Below, piece by piece: positions 19,355 through 27,336 of a DNA stretch of 64,000 nt (positions are counted from its first letter, which is position 1; each line of letters begins with the position of its first letter). The notes under the pieces are model-generated. The model ran no database searches. It saw only the letters and a program-made list of their open reading frames with translations, and had not been told where the DNA came from. Source of the stretch: an uncultured Pelagibacteraceae bacterium (GTDB lineage: Bacteria > Pseudomonadota > Alphaproteobacteria > Pelagibacterales > Pelagibacteraceae); the NCBI GenBank assembly GCA_902549495.1, contig CACCVU010000001.1:28615-92614 (forward strand). Reading direction: 5' to 3'. Position numbers and translations under genes: made by a program.

Positions 19355-20716
19355 TTATGCTCTTTTCTTTTTTAAAATATTGTTTTTATTATCATCTTCA
19401 AATAATCCATCCGGAAGAATTTTTCTTATTGAAGGATGATTGTTAATGTTTTTCATATAAGTTGTTCTTCGATACTTATTAACTAAAGCATCTATCTCGA
19501 ATAATTTTAAATCTTTTTTGTTTAATATTTGATTTATATAATCTATTTCTTCATCATTAGTATTTTGATTTCTTCTTAAAAACTCTGGTATTTCAAAATC
19601 TACTTCTTGATTTGAGGTATTGTTAAATAAATTTGATAATTCTTTTGGTGCTGTGAAACCTGATTTCCATATCACTTTTCCAAGAACTCTAGGATTTCCA
19701 TCATTGTCGAACGCAGGGAAGGTTTGTCTAGAATATTCTTTGTTATCAGGTAATGAAATTATTTGAAACGTGTCTTTAAATTCAGAAAATTGCAGCCTCC
19801 TGACACATAATCCTTTCATCTCATTTACTAAAAATAAACCACTTTCAAATTCCTTATTGTTTTTTAAATCTTCTCTATTATTTAAAGTTACTCTTTCAAT
19901 TAAACAATCATCTCCTAATGAAATTGTAGGATGCATATAATCGTCATTTGCTTTAAAAAAGAACAAATTGGAAAAATTTTTAATTTTGGATTTTTTTCTA
20001 ATTGCACTTTTTTTTATTAAAAAACCACTTTCTTGGTCATTTATAAAATTGATTTTTTTATACTCTGAAGGTGAAAAAAAATTAGGTAAAAATATTTTTC
20101 TAAGACTTTCACAAATTACATAAAAATTTTTAATAGCATTTATTTCAATTTCAAAATTTTTAAGTTCTTTTAATTTTTTTTCTCCCAGTTCGTCTTTATC
20201 ATTTTTAGTTAAATTTTCTATACAATCAAAACCTCTTAAAGATAAAATATAATTTTCATATTTTTCCGACTCTACTATTGAAATATATTTGTTTATTATA
20301 ACTGATTCATCTTGATCAAAAATGTCATTCTTATTTATTGTTACATTATCCCCTTCTCCAATTTTTATTCCCCTGTTTAAACTCGAGATTGATAATATAT
20401 GGTGTTCTAAAGCAGGGATCAGGAGTTTCTCAATTACACCTCCATGTTCGAGTATCAAATTATAAAATAAGTCAAACCTACTTAAGTTTTCCTTGGGTTT
20501 ATGTTTTTTAGCTAAAGCGCGATAAATACTTAAAAGAAAAAAATAAGAGAAGCTTCTCGGAAATATTTTTTTATCATATCGATAAATATATCCAACTAGC
20601 GAATTTCTATGATGGCTTAAAGTTAAAGAACACTGTTGTTGTGATAAGTCTGCAAACTTTAATAAATTAGTTAAAAGTAGCTTATTGATAGCCAGCAATG
20701 TATTTTTAGAATCCAT
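19355..20716 (-). CDS. HTH-like + inactive S24 (LexA/CI-type) domain protein with FtsZ-tail-like peptide
   Basis: N-term LKFADLSQQQCSLTLSHHRNSLVGYI (XRE-like); DDYMHPTISLGD, LCVRRLQ, DNKEY, VLGKVIW (S24 pattern); DFEIPEFLRRNQN. Confidence 0.7.
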   Translation of the reverse strand: MDSKNTLLAINKLLLTNLLKFADLSQQQCSLTLSHHRNSLVGYIYRYDKKIFPRSFSYFFLLSIYRALAKKHKPKENLSRFDLFYNLILEHGGVIEKLLIPALEHHILSISSLNRGIKIGEGDNVTINKNDIFDQDESVIINKYISIVESEKYENYILSLRGFDCIENLTKNDKDELGEKKLKELKNFEIEINAIKNFYVICESLRKIFLPNFFSPSEYKKINFINDQESGFLIKKSAIRKKSKIKNFSNLFFFKANDDYMHPTISLGDDCLIERVTLNNREDLKNNKEFESGLFLVNEMKGLCVRRLQFSEFKDTFQIISLPDNKEYSRQTFPAFDNDGNPRVLGKVIWKSGFTAPKELSNLFNNTSNQEVDFEIPEFLRRNQNTNDEEIDYINQILNKKDLKLFEIDALVNKYRRTTYMKNINNHPSIRKILPDGLFEDDNKNNILKKKRA

Positions 20717-20769
20717 GCTCTTTATATATACTTATTTTATGCAGAAAAAAAGAAAAAAAAGTGTAAATT

Positions 20770-20786
20770 TACTGTTGACAACAGTA
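20770..20786. promoter_or_regulatory. Perfect palindromic operator-like site containing TTGACA
   Basis: TACTGTTG-A-CAACAGTA in the divergent intergenic region. Confidence 0.65.
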
Positions 20787-20809
20787 TTTATATATGATTT
20801 GCTGCTTTT

Positions 20810-20889
20810 ATGAGTAAAAATAAGACAAATATTAGGATGTCCTTTCCTTTCTACCTTTCTGATCCTTTTACTTGTCTTTTTTTACTCAT
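20810..20889 (+). ncRNA. Candidate structured RNA: long hairpin with CU-rich loop
   Basis: ATGAGTAAAAATAAGACAAATATTAGGAT pairs imperfectly with ATCCTTTTACTTGTCTTTTTTTACTCAT; loop GTCCTTTCCTTTCTACCTTTCTG. Confidence 0.55.
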
Positions 20890-20909
20890 TAACAAAAAAG
20901 GAGAAAAAA

Positions 20910-21293
20910 ATGCCTAAAGTGAGAAAAAATAAGTCTAAAGATAACGTTGTACCCTTTAATAAACCTAAGGTTGATAAAGTAGCCGAGGAAAAACGTGAGT
21001 TAAGACAAAGTGAACAAGATAGACTAAATGCTGTGATAAAAGAAAAATGCAGTGAAATTTTAGAAATAATTGATTTAAGCCAAATAGAAAAACAATGGGG
21101 CTTATATGCATTTTTATTTCATTGTAAACAAATAGCTGCATTTGATCTACACCCTTCAGAGTATGTTCGTATTAATGATGCAACAAACAAAGAGATCATT
21201 AAAAACCAAAGAGAATATTTAGAAGAATCATTCCCTGAGTTTGTAAGAGACGAATCAAATACTGAAGAAAATACAAAAAAGGTATTACATTAA
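20910..21293 (+). CDS. Hypothetical protein
   Basis: 127-aa ORF with AAGGAG SD; stop overlaps the rmuC start. Confidence 0.75.
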   Translation: MPKVRKNKSKDNVVPFNKPKVDKVAEEKRELRQSEQDRLNAVIKEKCSEILEIIDLSQIEKQWGLYAFLFHCKQIAAFDLHPSEYVRINDATNKEIIKNQREYLEESFPEFVRDESNTEENTKKVLH

Positions 21294-22477
21294 TGTTAGA
21301 ACCAATATTATATATATTCGTAGGGTTTGCATTAGCTTCTGTTGTTTGGTTTTTTTATTTTAAAAACAAAAACTCAAACTTAATTGATAGATCTGTTGTC
21401 GAAGAAAAAGAAAATTATATTAAAGACGCAGATCTATTAAACAAAGAATTAGAAGGCAAACTTTTAACAGTGCAAAAAGAAGTTGAATTAATAAATAAAG
21501 CAAAAGAAGAAGTAGGTAAAACTCTCGCTTTAGAAAGAGCAAATGCAAAAGAACAATTAAAAACAATTAATAATGTCGAGAAGTGGAGAGTAAATTCTGA
21601 AAAAGATTTAAAAAAATATGACGAATATGTCAAAGATACACTAAATTTTGTAGATAAATTAACAGGTGATGTTAAATACCAAGGGGATATAGGAGAGAAA
21701 CTATTATGTAAACTCTTGGAAATTCATGGCCTTCAAATTAATACGGATTTTATTGTACAAGAAGGGAATCAAGTTTACCAAGAAGTAAATGATGAAATTT
21801 TGCAAAGAGTTAGACCGGATGTAATTTTGAATCTTTCAAAAAACGAGCATGTGGTGGTTGACAGTAAAGTTTCACTTGTCGACTGGAAAAACTTTGCAAA
21901 TGAGAAGAATGATGAAAAAATTAGAAAAACTCACCTGAAAAAACACGTAAGTGCTATAGATAAACATATAACAACTTTATCTGGAAGAAATTACAATAAG
22001 CTACTCAACAAAAATGTTTTTCCGAGCGTGATATTATTTATACCTTTTGTGCCAGCATATCTGGCTGCAATAGAAGCTGATAATGAATTAATGGACCGAG
22101 CATATAAGAAAAATGTTATCTTGGCTTGTCCGGGGTCTTTGTTGCCAGTAATTAAAATTATTGAGACAATAAAAAGCAAAGATAAACAAATGGAAAATAT
22201 TAAAGATATTTCCAGTAATGCAACTTATTTGTATAATAAATTTGTTTTTCTAAAAAAAAATCTTAAATTAGCAATTAAGTCCTTCAGAGACCACTCTATT
22301 AATCTACAAAAAGTTATAGATACTGGTTGGGGAAATAAATCTTCTTTAGAAAAATCTTTTGAAAAATTTAAGAAGAAACACGGCTTGAACGAATCCAAAG
22401 AGATGCCCACAAGTACCTTAGAGGAAAATCAAATTAGCGATTTAGATGATCCTGAAGAAAAAACATCTGTAAATTAA
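21293..22477 (+). CDS. rmuC: DNA recombination protein RmuC family
   Basis: N-terminal TM, coiled coil, QGDIGE, RPDVILNL, VVDSKVSL (PD-(D/E)xK). Confidence 0.88.
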   Translation: MLEPILYIFVGFALASVVWFFYFKNKNSNLIDRSVVEEKENYIKDADLLNKELEGKLLTVQKEVELINKAKEEVGKTLALERANAKEQLKTINNVEKWRVNSEKDLKKYDEYVKDTLNFVDKLTGDVKYQGDIGEKLLCKLLEIHGLQINTDFIVQEGNQVYQEVNDEILQRVRPDVILNLSKNEHVVVDSKVSLVDWKNFANEKNDEKIRKTHLKKHVSAIDKHITTLSGRNYNKLLNKNVFPSVILFIPFVPAYLAAIEADNELMDRAYKKNVILACPGSLLPVIKIIETIKSKDKQMENIKDISSNATYLYNKFVFLKKNLKLAIKSFRDHSINLQKVIDTGWGNKSSLEKSFEKFKKKHGLNESKEMPTSTLEENQISDLDDPEEKTSVN

Positions 22478-22478
22478 T

Positions 22479-22682
22479 ATGAAAAAACACTTAGAGTATA
22501 CTGATGCAAAATCTAATAAGTTCTGGGAGATAGAGCTTAAAGATAAATCGATAAATATTTGCTATGGCAGAATTGGTATTGAAAATCCTGCTAAACAAAA
22601 CAAATCTTTTCCATCTGCAGATTTAGCTAAGAAGTATTACGAAAAAAAATTAAGAGAAAAGATTAATAAGGGTTATAAATAA
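22479..22682 (+). CDS. Stand-alone WGR domain protein
   Basis: SNKFWEI, YGRIG, EKINKGY. Confidence 0.85.
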   Translation: MKKHLEYTDAKSNKFWEIELKDKSINICYGRIGIENPAKQNKSFPSADLAKKYYEKKLREKINKGYK

Positions 22683-22683
22683 A

Positions 22684-23634
22684 TTAAAGGTACTCTATAA
22701 TTTTTTGCGCTGGAATCGTTTTTTTAATCCAAGCTAAAGGGATATTCCTTTTTTTTAATGCAGAAAAATAAGATCCACAAAAAATAGCTCTGCTGCAGTT
22801 ACATCCTCCAGCTTTAATTGTCTTAATGATTGCAGACTCATAATTGCTTGAAGTAATTATGCAATGAATTGAACTCTTGAAGTTCGAATTATCTGAGCAT
22901 GCCTTCCCCAACATTCTTGTAACGTAAGTATGATTTTGATTTTTAAGTTTTAATACCTTCTTAATGTCTGTGATTACATCTTTAAAATATCTATTTTTAA
23001 TATTTAATTTAATAAATTTTTGAATAGGATTTTTCTCCCCTTTGCTAGCTAAATCTATAATCTTTAATCTGGCCAATCCATAAACTTCGTTTTTATGAGA
23101 ATTTGCGCAAGTTCTAATAACTTTTTTAATTTCTCTATCTTCTTTGCTTACTAAAAAATAATACGGTAATGCCGCATTAAATCCATCTGTTTCTTGAACT
23201 TTTGTACCTCCTGTGATCCTTTTTTTTTCTTTAATATTCCGAATGGTCTCAAGCGTGTTTTGGTGCAACCAATTGCCCAGTAACGGACGCTTCCATTTAA
23301 TCTTTTTATATTTTTTTCTCTCTTTTAAATTTTTCCAGTAATTAGAACCAGGACCAAAATGCTGAACTATGTTTTTTTTAAAATTTGGAAGTATGTCTGA
23401 TTTCTTTTTAGAAGTTATTATTGTTTGAAACATAACTAATCCCATGTCTGCGTAGCCTGATGTTAAACCCGTCTCTAAAGCATAAAAAGGAGATTTGTTT
23501 TCTTTTAGAAAAGCAATTTCTTTTTTCCCTTTAATATATCTTTTAAGTTTGTTAGGATCATAAACCCAATGAAGAGGGCGGGCTGCTGCGTCTGCTACAA
23601 CAGCTCCTAGGAAAATATTTAAGTCTTGAAACAT
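22684..23634 (-). CDS. ADP-ribosylglycohydrolase family protein
   Basis: LGAVVADAAARPLHWVY, ETDG, AGGCNCSRA. Confidence 0.8.
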   Translation of the reverse strand: MFQDLNIFLGAVVADAAARPLHWVYDPNKLKRYIKGKKEIAFLKENKSPFYALETGLTSGYADMGLVMFQTIITSKKKSDILPNFKKNIVQHFGPGSNYWKNLKERKKYKKIKWKRPLLGNWLHQNTLETIRNIKEKKRITGGTKVQETDGFNAALPYYFLVSKEDREIKKVIRTCANSHKNEVYGLARLKIIDLASKGEKNPIQKFIKLNIKNRYFKDVITDIKKVLKLKNQNHTYVTRMLGKACSDNSNFKSSIHCIITSSNYESAIIKTIKAGGCNCSRAIFCGSYFSALKKRNIPLAWIKKTIPAQKIIEYL

Positions 23635-24725
23635 TAATTAACTCTTTTTAATGCTAGGCTACCACAAGATGCATTGATGTCTCTACCTTTTGATTTTCTG
23701 AATAAAGCCAAGAAACCATTATCTTGAATAATTTTAGAAAAAATATCGATATTTTCTTGAGTGGCGGGTTTGAAATCCCTATTGTCTAAAGGGTTGTACT
23801 CAATCAAATTCAATTTGCTTGGTACTTTTTTCATTAATGAAACCAACGCGTTAGCGTGCTCTTTAGTAATATTATTTTCTAACGCAACATATTCTATAAA
23901 TATTGGTAATTTTGTTATTTGATAATACTTTTTAAATTTAGGAATTAAATCATCTATTGAATAATTACCGTTAGGCATCATCTCTAACCTTTGTTTGTTT
24001 ATAGGATTATGTAAACTCCAAGCAAAATAAACATCAAGTTCCCTAGCCGCCCACTCTATAACACTTAAATCTTTTATCTTATTACCCAGACCTACGCTCG
24101 AGACAGTAATTCGAGTCCTACCATAATCTAGAGAGTCTTTGTGTTTTGCATTCTGAATATAAGTGCGAACATTTTCAGCGTTTAAAGCAAAATCTCCAGA
24201 CCCCATCAAAACTTGTGTCTTAACTAATTTATTACTTGTCTTCCAATCATTTAAATATTCTTTGCAAAGCATTATTTGAGACATAATCTCTGCAGCTGAT
24301 AAGTTTCTTACAATTTTTTTAGGTATTTGCGCCGTAGCACAGAATTGGCAGTTCAGGAAGCAACCAACACTTACTGAAAGACAAATTGTGTATTTAGATT
24401 TACTTTTGTCTGGAATTAAAACTGTTTCTGTCTGTCGTTTATCCTTTTTTAATTCTAATAAAAATTTAATTGTTCCATCGCTCTTTGATTTTTGAACTTC
24501 AATTATTTTTGCAGATTTTTCTAAGCTAATTAAATCTTTTATTTTTTCTCTTAATTCTAAACTAAAAGTTGTTAATTCATCGAAACTTTTGATGTTTTTT
24601 TTATAAATAGCATTGAACATTTGCTGAGATCTCATCTTAGCTTGTTTTTCAACAATGCCAACTTTGTCAATTAAAAATTCTTTTAACTGATCAAACGTAA
24701 GATCATAAATACTTTTTTTTTCCAT
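23634..24725 (-). CDS. rlmN: RlmN-family radical SAM RNA methyltransferase (divergent)
   Basis: DGTIKF, ETVLIP, TICLS, CFLNCQFC, RNLSAAEI, RITVSSVG, SLH, IEYV, ASCGSL. Confidence 0.88.
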   Translation of the reverse strand: MEKKSIYDLTFDQLKEFLIDKVGIVEKQAKMRSQQMFNAIYKKNIKSFDELTTFSLELREKIKDLISLEKSAKIIEVQKSKSDGTIKFLLELKKDKRQTETVLIPDKSKSKYTICLSVSVGCFLNCQFCATAQIPKKIVRNLSAAEIMSQIMLCKEYLNDWKTSNKLVKTQVLMGSGDFALNAENVRTYIQNAKHKDSLDYGRTRITVSSVGLGNKIKDLSVIEWAARELDVYFAWSLHNPINKQRLEMMPNGNYSIDDLIPKFKKYYQITKLPIFIEYVALENNITKEHANALVSLMKKVPSKLNLIEYNPLDNRDFKPATQENIDIFSKIIQDNGFLALFRKSKGRDINASCGSLALKRVN

Positions 24726-24744
24726 AAACTGATATTAATGACTT

Positions 24745-24768
24745 GGGCGAGCTTTTAAAAGCCCGCCC
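24745..24768 (-). terminator. GC-rich hairpin between small gene and rlmN
   Basis: Minus strand GGGCGGGCTTT-TA-AAAGCTCGCCC; no clear U-tract. Confidence 0.55.
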
Positions 24769-24777
24769 TATAGAAAT

Positions 24778-24972
24778 TTAGAGCTTTTTAGGCTCTGTTT
24801 TTTTGTGACCAAGAATTTTTCCTTGATTCGAACCTGAAGACAATTTTATCCCGAAAGTTCCGTTGTCTCCGGCTGCTACAGCCTTTTTTGCTTTAGATAA
24901 CTGTGAAGAAAGATTCTGCTCAAGTTTTTTATCTCGCAGATCTTTATACAGTTTGCTAAATCTGTCAATCAT
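24778..24972 (-). CDS. Small basic hypothetical protein
   Basis: 64 aa MIDRFSKLYKDLRDKK..., AAAGGAG SD 5 nt before ATG 24972. Confidence 0.75.
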   Translation of the reverse strand: MIDRFSKLYKDLRDKKLEQNLSSQLSKAKKAVAAGDNGTFGIKLSSGSNQGKILGHKKTEPKKL

Positions 24973-25090
24973 AGCAACTCCTTTTGTTTCTGCGATCTTT
25001 ATAATCCCTACAGGATCCAGCATGATCTATGCTGTACACTTTGCAAGATGAAAACATCATCTTATCCATGTGATATGGAATTACCTGAAA
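24973..25090 (-). ncRNA. Candidate structured 5' leader (four tandem hairpins)
   Basis: TCCAT/ATGGA, AAGATGA/TCATCTT, CAGCAT/ATGCTG, GATCCT/AGGGATT stems; TTGACA at 25119-25114 upstream. Confidence 0.5.
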
Positions 25091-25118
25091 CATTAATATA
25101 TGTATATATAAATTGTCA

Positions 25119-25280
25119 ATGGATAATAAGTTTATATTAGGTTTGTGTATCATAGGTTTTGGTCTCTTGTTATTGATGTCACCTGAGAAACATAGCTGGA
25201 TTTTCAGCGCTTTAGCGGTGGGGATAGGTTCAGGATTAATCCTTAAAAGAAGTGAAAAAAATGATAAAGACGATAAGTAA
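25119..25280 (+). CDS. Small two-TM membrane protein (not in ORF track)
   Basis: 53 aa MDNKFILGLCIIGFGLLLLMSPEKHSWIFSALAVGIGSGLILKRSEKNDKDDK; stop overlaps the next ATG. Confidence 0.7.
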   Translation: MDNKFILGLCIIGFGLLLLMSPEKHSWIFSALAVGIGSGLILKRSEKNDKDDK

Positions 25281-25864
25281 TGTCTAAAAAAGTTTTTATT
25301 GCATTTGCACATCCTAAATATAAATCTGGTGAAAGTTTCAACTCATGTGTTCGTGATGAATTTATTAAAAGTTCAAAAGAGCGTAACTTCGAAATAGATC
25401 TAATGAATATATACGAGGAAAAAACTATTAAGTTTTGGGACGGTAGTCCTCCTGACAATCAAATTTTAGACATTCAAAACAGAATGGAAAAAGCGGATAT
25501 AATTTTTCTTTTATCGCCCTGTCATAATTTTACAATGGTAGCAGCAATGGAAAATATGTTGAGTCACGTGATAAGCCCTCCATTTGCATTTAAATATAAG
25601 AAGATAATTGGAAACTGGGGCGCCCCTCAGCACGGAAAATTGAAAAATAAAAAAGTTGTAATTGGAATGACGTATGGATCTCCTTCCCCAATTATCACCT
25701 TTGCTGTGCATCAGATACCAAGAAGAATAAAAAAAATGGTTTTTAAACACCTTTGCGGTTGTGATGTTCAGTACCTCAGAATGTACGAAGTTCTGCCAAA
25801 TATGCCTCAAAAAGTTTTTGAAAAACACATGAAAAGTGTAAGAAAATTAGTGCGAAGTTTATAA
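25280..25864 (+). CDS. NAD(P)H-dependent oxidoreductase, flavodoxin-like fold
   Basis: IAFAHP...SFN, ADIIFLLSP, MTYGSP. Confidence 0.8.
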   Translation: MSKKVFIAFAHPKYKSGESFNSCVRDEFIKSSKERNFEIDLMNIYEEKTIKFWDGSPPDNQILDIQNRMEKADIIFLLSPCHNFTMVAAMENMLSHVISPPFAFKYKKIIGNWGAPQHGKLKNKKVVIGMTYGSPSPIITFAVHQIPRRIKKMVFKHLCGCDVQYLRMYEVLPNMPQKVFEKHMKSVRKLVRSL

Positions 25865-25901
25865 TAATTTAAAATTTTTTTAAAAAGTATATAAATAAAA
25901 T

Positions 25902-26357
25902 ATGGAAAAAATAAAAAATTGGTTCGTAAACGCTGCTTCAATAATGTTCGACGATTCAGGTTCCAATGATTTTAGAAATTTACCGAAGGTCGTGAGGCTA
26001 CAAATCCTTTGCGTCATGAGCTTTCTATGGAGCTTATTATTTTCACTTTACGTATTTAATGTTACCACTTTTGCCCTGGGTTTCGCCGGAGTATTTGTTG
26101 CTCATGTATTGCTAATAATTTTAACGTACTATACTTTTAAAGTTTTTCATAAAGCAAAAAAACGAGAACAAACAGGATTTGAAGAACAGAAAGAATTAAG
26201 CCCGCCAAAAATTTTTGCAGTAATTTTTATTATATTTTTTATGTTTATTTTTACAAAAGGTATAGATGTTATGACAAAGTCAAACTCGTACGAGGATCCT
26301 AGCTATACCGGGCCAGACACAAGCACACTGGACCGTATAAAAAGATTTGTGAAATAA
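25902..26357 (+). CDS. Hypothetical membrane protein
   Basis: Three hydrophobic helices. Confidence 0.75.
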   Translation: MEKIKNWFVNAASIMFDDSGSNDFRNLPKVVRLQILCVMSFLWSLLFSLYVFNVTTFALGFAGVFVAHVLLIILTYYTFKVFHKAKKREQTGFEEQKELSPPKIFAVIFIIFFMFIFTKGIDVMTKSNSYEDPSYTGPDTSTLDRIKRFVK

Positions 26358-26381
26358 TTTAATCTTTATTACAATTAATCA

Positions 26382-27221
26382 ATGAAATTATTGAGAGTAG
26401 GTGAACTAGGTAAAGAAAAAGTAGCTGCTTTAGACAAGAATAATGTAATCAGAGATTTGTCAAAACATATTGAAGATCTAACTCCTCAAAATTTTAATGA
26501 TACAACTTTAAGTAAACTAAAATCCATAGACCTTTCCAAAGAAAAAGAAGTTAACTCAACAATAAGAATTGGTTCGTTTATTAAAGATCCAAAAAATTAC
26601 TTTTGCGTTGGAAAAAATTTCAAACTGCACGCACAAGAAGTTGGGTCAAAGGCTCCAAAAAATCCTATGATTTTTTCAAAAGCTAATTGTATATCTGGAC
26701 CTAATGATGACATTATAATACCAAGGGATTCAAAAAAAGTTGACTGGGAGTGTGAAATTGGAGTTTGTTTAAAAAGTGAAGTTTATCAGATTACCCAGGA
26801 TGATAGTGAAAAATGTATTGGTGGATATTTTTTAGCTAACGACGTGAGTGCAAGAGATTTTCAATTAGAAAAGTCTGGTCAATATATTATAGGAAAATCC
26901 TCACCTTCTTTCGGACCAATCGGCCCATATTTAGTAACTCCAGACGAAATAAAAGATGTAAATAATTTAAAAATGAAAACAATAGTTAATGGAAAAATTA
27001 TGCAAAATGGTAACACCAAAGATATGATACATTCCATAAACTATGTAATTTCATATCTGAGTACTTTTATCAAATTACATAGCGGCGACCTAATAGTTTT
27101 CGGCACACCAAATGGGGTAGCAGCTGGCCAGACTAATCCTGTTTTTTTAAAAAATGGTGACACTATTGAACTTGAAATTGAGAGTCTAGGAAGGCAAACT
27201 CACAACGTAAGAGACCAATAA
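26382..27221 (+). CDS. Fumarylacetoacetate hydrolase family protein
   Basis: CVGKNF..H, DWECE, NDVSARDFQ, GKS, GPIGP, GTPNGV. Confidence 0.92.
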   Translation: MKLLRVGELGKEKVAALDKNNVIRDLSKHIEDLTPQNFNDTTLSKLKSIDLSKEKEVNSTIRIGSFIKDPKNYFCVGKNFKLHAQEVGSKAPKNPMIFSKANCISGPNDDIIIPRDSKKVDWECEIGVCLKSEVYQITQDDSEKCIGGYFLANDVSARDFQLEKSGQYIIGKSSPSFGPIGPYLVTPDEIKDVNNLKMKTIVNGKIMQNGNTKDMIHSINYVISYLSTFIKLHSGDLIVFGTPNGVAAGQTNPVFLKNGDTIELEIESLGRQTHNVRDQ

Positions 27222-27223
27222 TT

Positions 27224-27334
27224 ATGTCAAAAAGATTTTCAGGTGCTTGTAGAAAAGACAGAAGTTTCAAAAAGAAAGCTAAGTTATCTTTAAAAGAAAA
27301 AAGAAGACTTAAAAGAGAGAAAAGAAATAAATAA
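27224..27334 (+). CDS. Very small basic protein (not in ORF track)
   Basis: 36 aa MSKRFSGACRKDRSFKKKAKLSLKEKRRLKREKRNK fills the gap, 2 nt from both neighbours. Confidence 0.6.
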   Translation: MSKRFSGACRKDRSFKKKAKLSLKEKRRLKREKRNK

Positions 27335-27336
27335 TT

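Noticed and set aside
20113-20140. Second dif-like string (minus strand AATGCTATTAA-AAATTT-TTATGTAATTT)
   Set aside because: Lies inside a coding sequence and has a weak XerC arm.
17312-22682. Prophage or integrative element
   Set aside because: No integrase, terminase, structural genes, tRNA target or att repeats were seen.
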